A model generated the notes under the pieces. It searched no databases, was not told the origin of the DNA, and saw only the letters and a list, made by a program, of their open reading frames with translations. This document shows positions 63,470 through 64,000 of a stretch of DNA of 64,000 nucleotides, one piece after another (the first letter of the stretch is position 1; each line of letters begins with the position of its first letter). Made by a program: the position numbers and the translations under genes. The stretch covers positions 4,154,001 through 4,218,000 of the forward strand of contig NC_135767.1 in NCBI RefSeq assembly GCF_052425735.1, in the 5' to 3' direction. This DNA is from Oculina patagonica (taxonomy: Eukaryota).

Positions 63470-64000
63470 GAGTTGTTGCTGTAATTTAGAAAGTACCTCA
63501 AACCCTTTCAAGCTGCTGTTGCAGTTCAGAAAGTACTTCAACCCCTTTCAAGTAATGGCTGCTGTAATTTACAAAACATATCGAACCCTTTCGAGTTGTT
63601 GCTGTAATTTAGAAAGTTCCTTAAGCCCTTTGGAGTTGTTGCTGTAGTTTAGAAAGTTCTATAAGCCCTTTTGAGTTGTTGCTGTATTTTAGAAAGTTCT
63701 ATAAGCCCTTTTGAGTTGTTGATGTATTTTAGAAAGTAACTTAAGCCATTTTGAGTTGTTGCTGTATTTTAGAAAGTTCTATAATCCCTTTTGAGTTGTT
63801 GCTGTATTTTAGAAAGTTTTTTAAGCCCTTTCGAGTTGTTGCTGTAATTTAGAAAGTACCTTAAGCCCTTTCGAGTTGTTGCTGTATTTTAGAAAACTCC
63901 TTAAGCCCTTTCGAGTTATTGCTGTATTTTAGAAAGTTCCTTAAGCCCTTTCGAGTTGTTGCTGTAATTTAGAAAGTTCTTTAAGCTTTTTTGAGTAGTT
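63470..64000. repeat. 40-bp minisatellite in ETS-C intron 2, running off the window
   Basis: Same unit, 10 or more copies visible. Confidence 0.95.

Overview
AT-rich animal genomic DNA with spliceosomal GT-AG introns. Gene content and repeat families suggest a cnidarian, probably a stony coral (inference; no search run). All protein genes are on the minus strand: (1) the first two coding exons of a hedgehog gene (255-1813; the Hint-domain exon would lie left of the window); (2) about 23 kb without genes upstream of Hh, rich in MITEs, SINEs and TF-motif clusters, including a ~965-bp near-perfect palindrome; (3) a complete 5-coding-exon, 380-aa CCR4/Angel/PDE12-type EEP phosphoesterase (26259-31284); (4) a ~204-bp satellite array (~34.2-44.6 kb), interrupted near its right end by a truncated LINE and a 1.1-kb Mutator-like non-autonomous element; (5) a tandem array of small ETS-domain transcription-factor genes (two complete, a third partial), each with a 40-bp minisatellite in intron 2. 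The most unusual feature is the Mutator-like element, which carries two head-to-head, full-length but divergent 5S-rRNA-like genes with Pol III boxes and terminators. Also notable: an HSE-like motif in every unit of the ETS intronic minisatellite, a chimeric and frameshifted C-terminus in ETS copy B, and an altered zinc-site loop in Hh. No CRISPR array or prokaryotic system is present.
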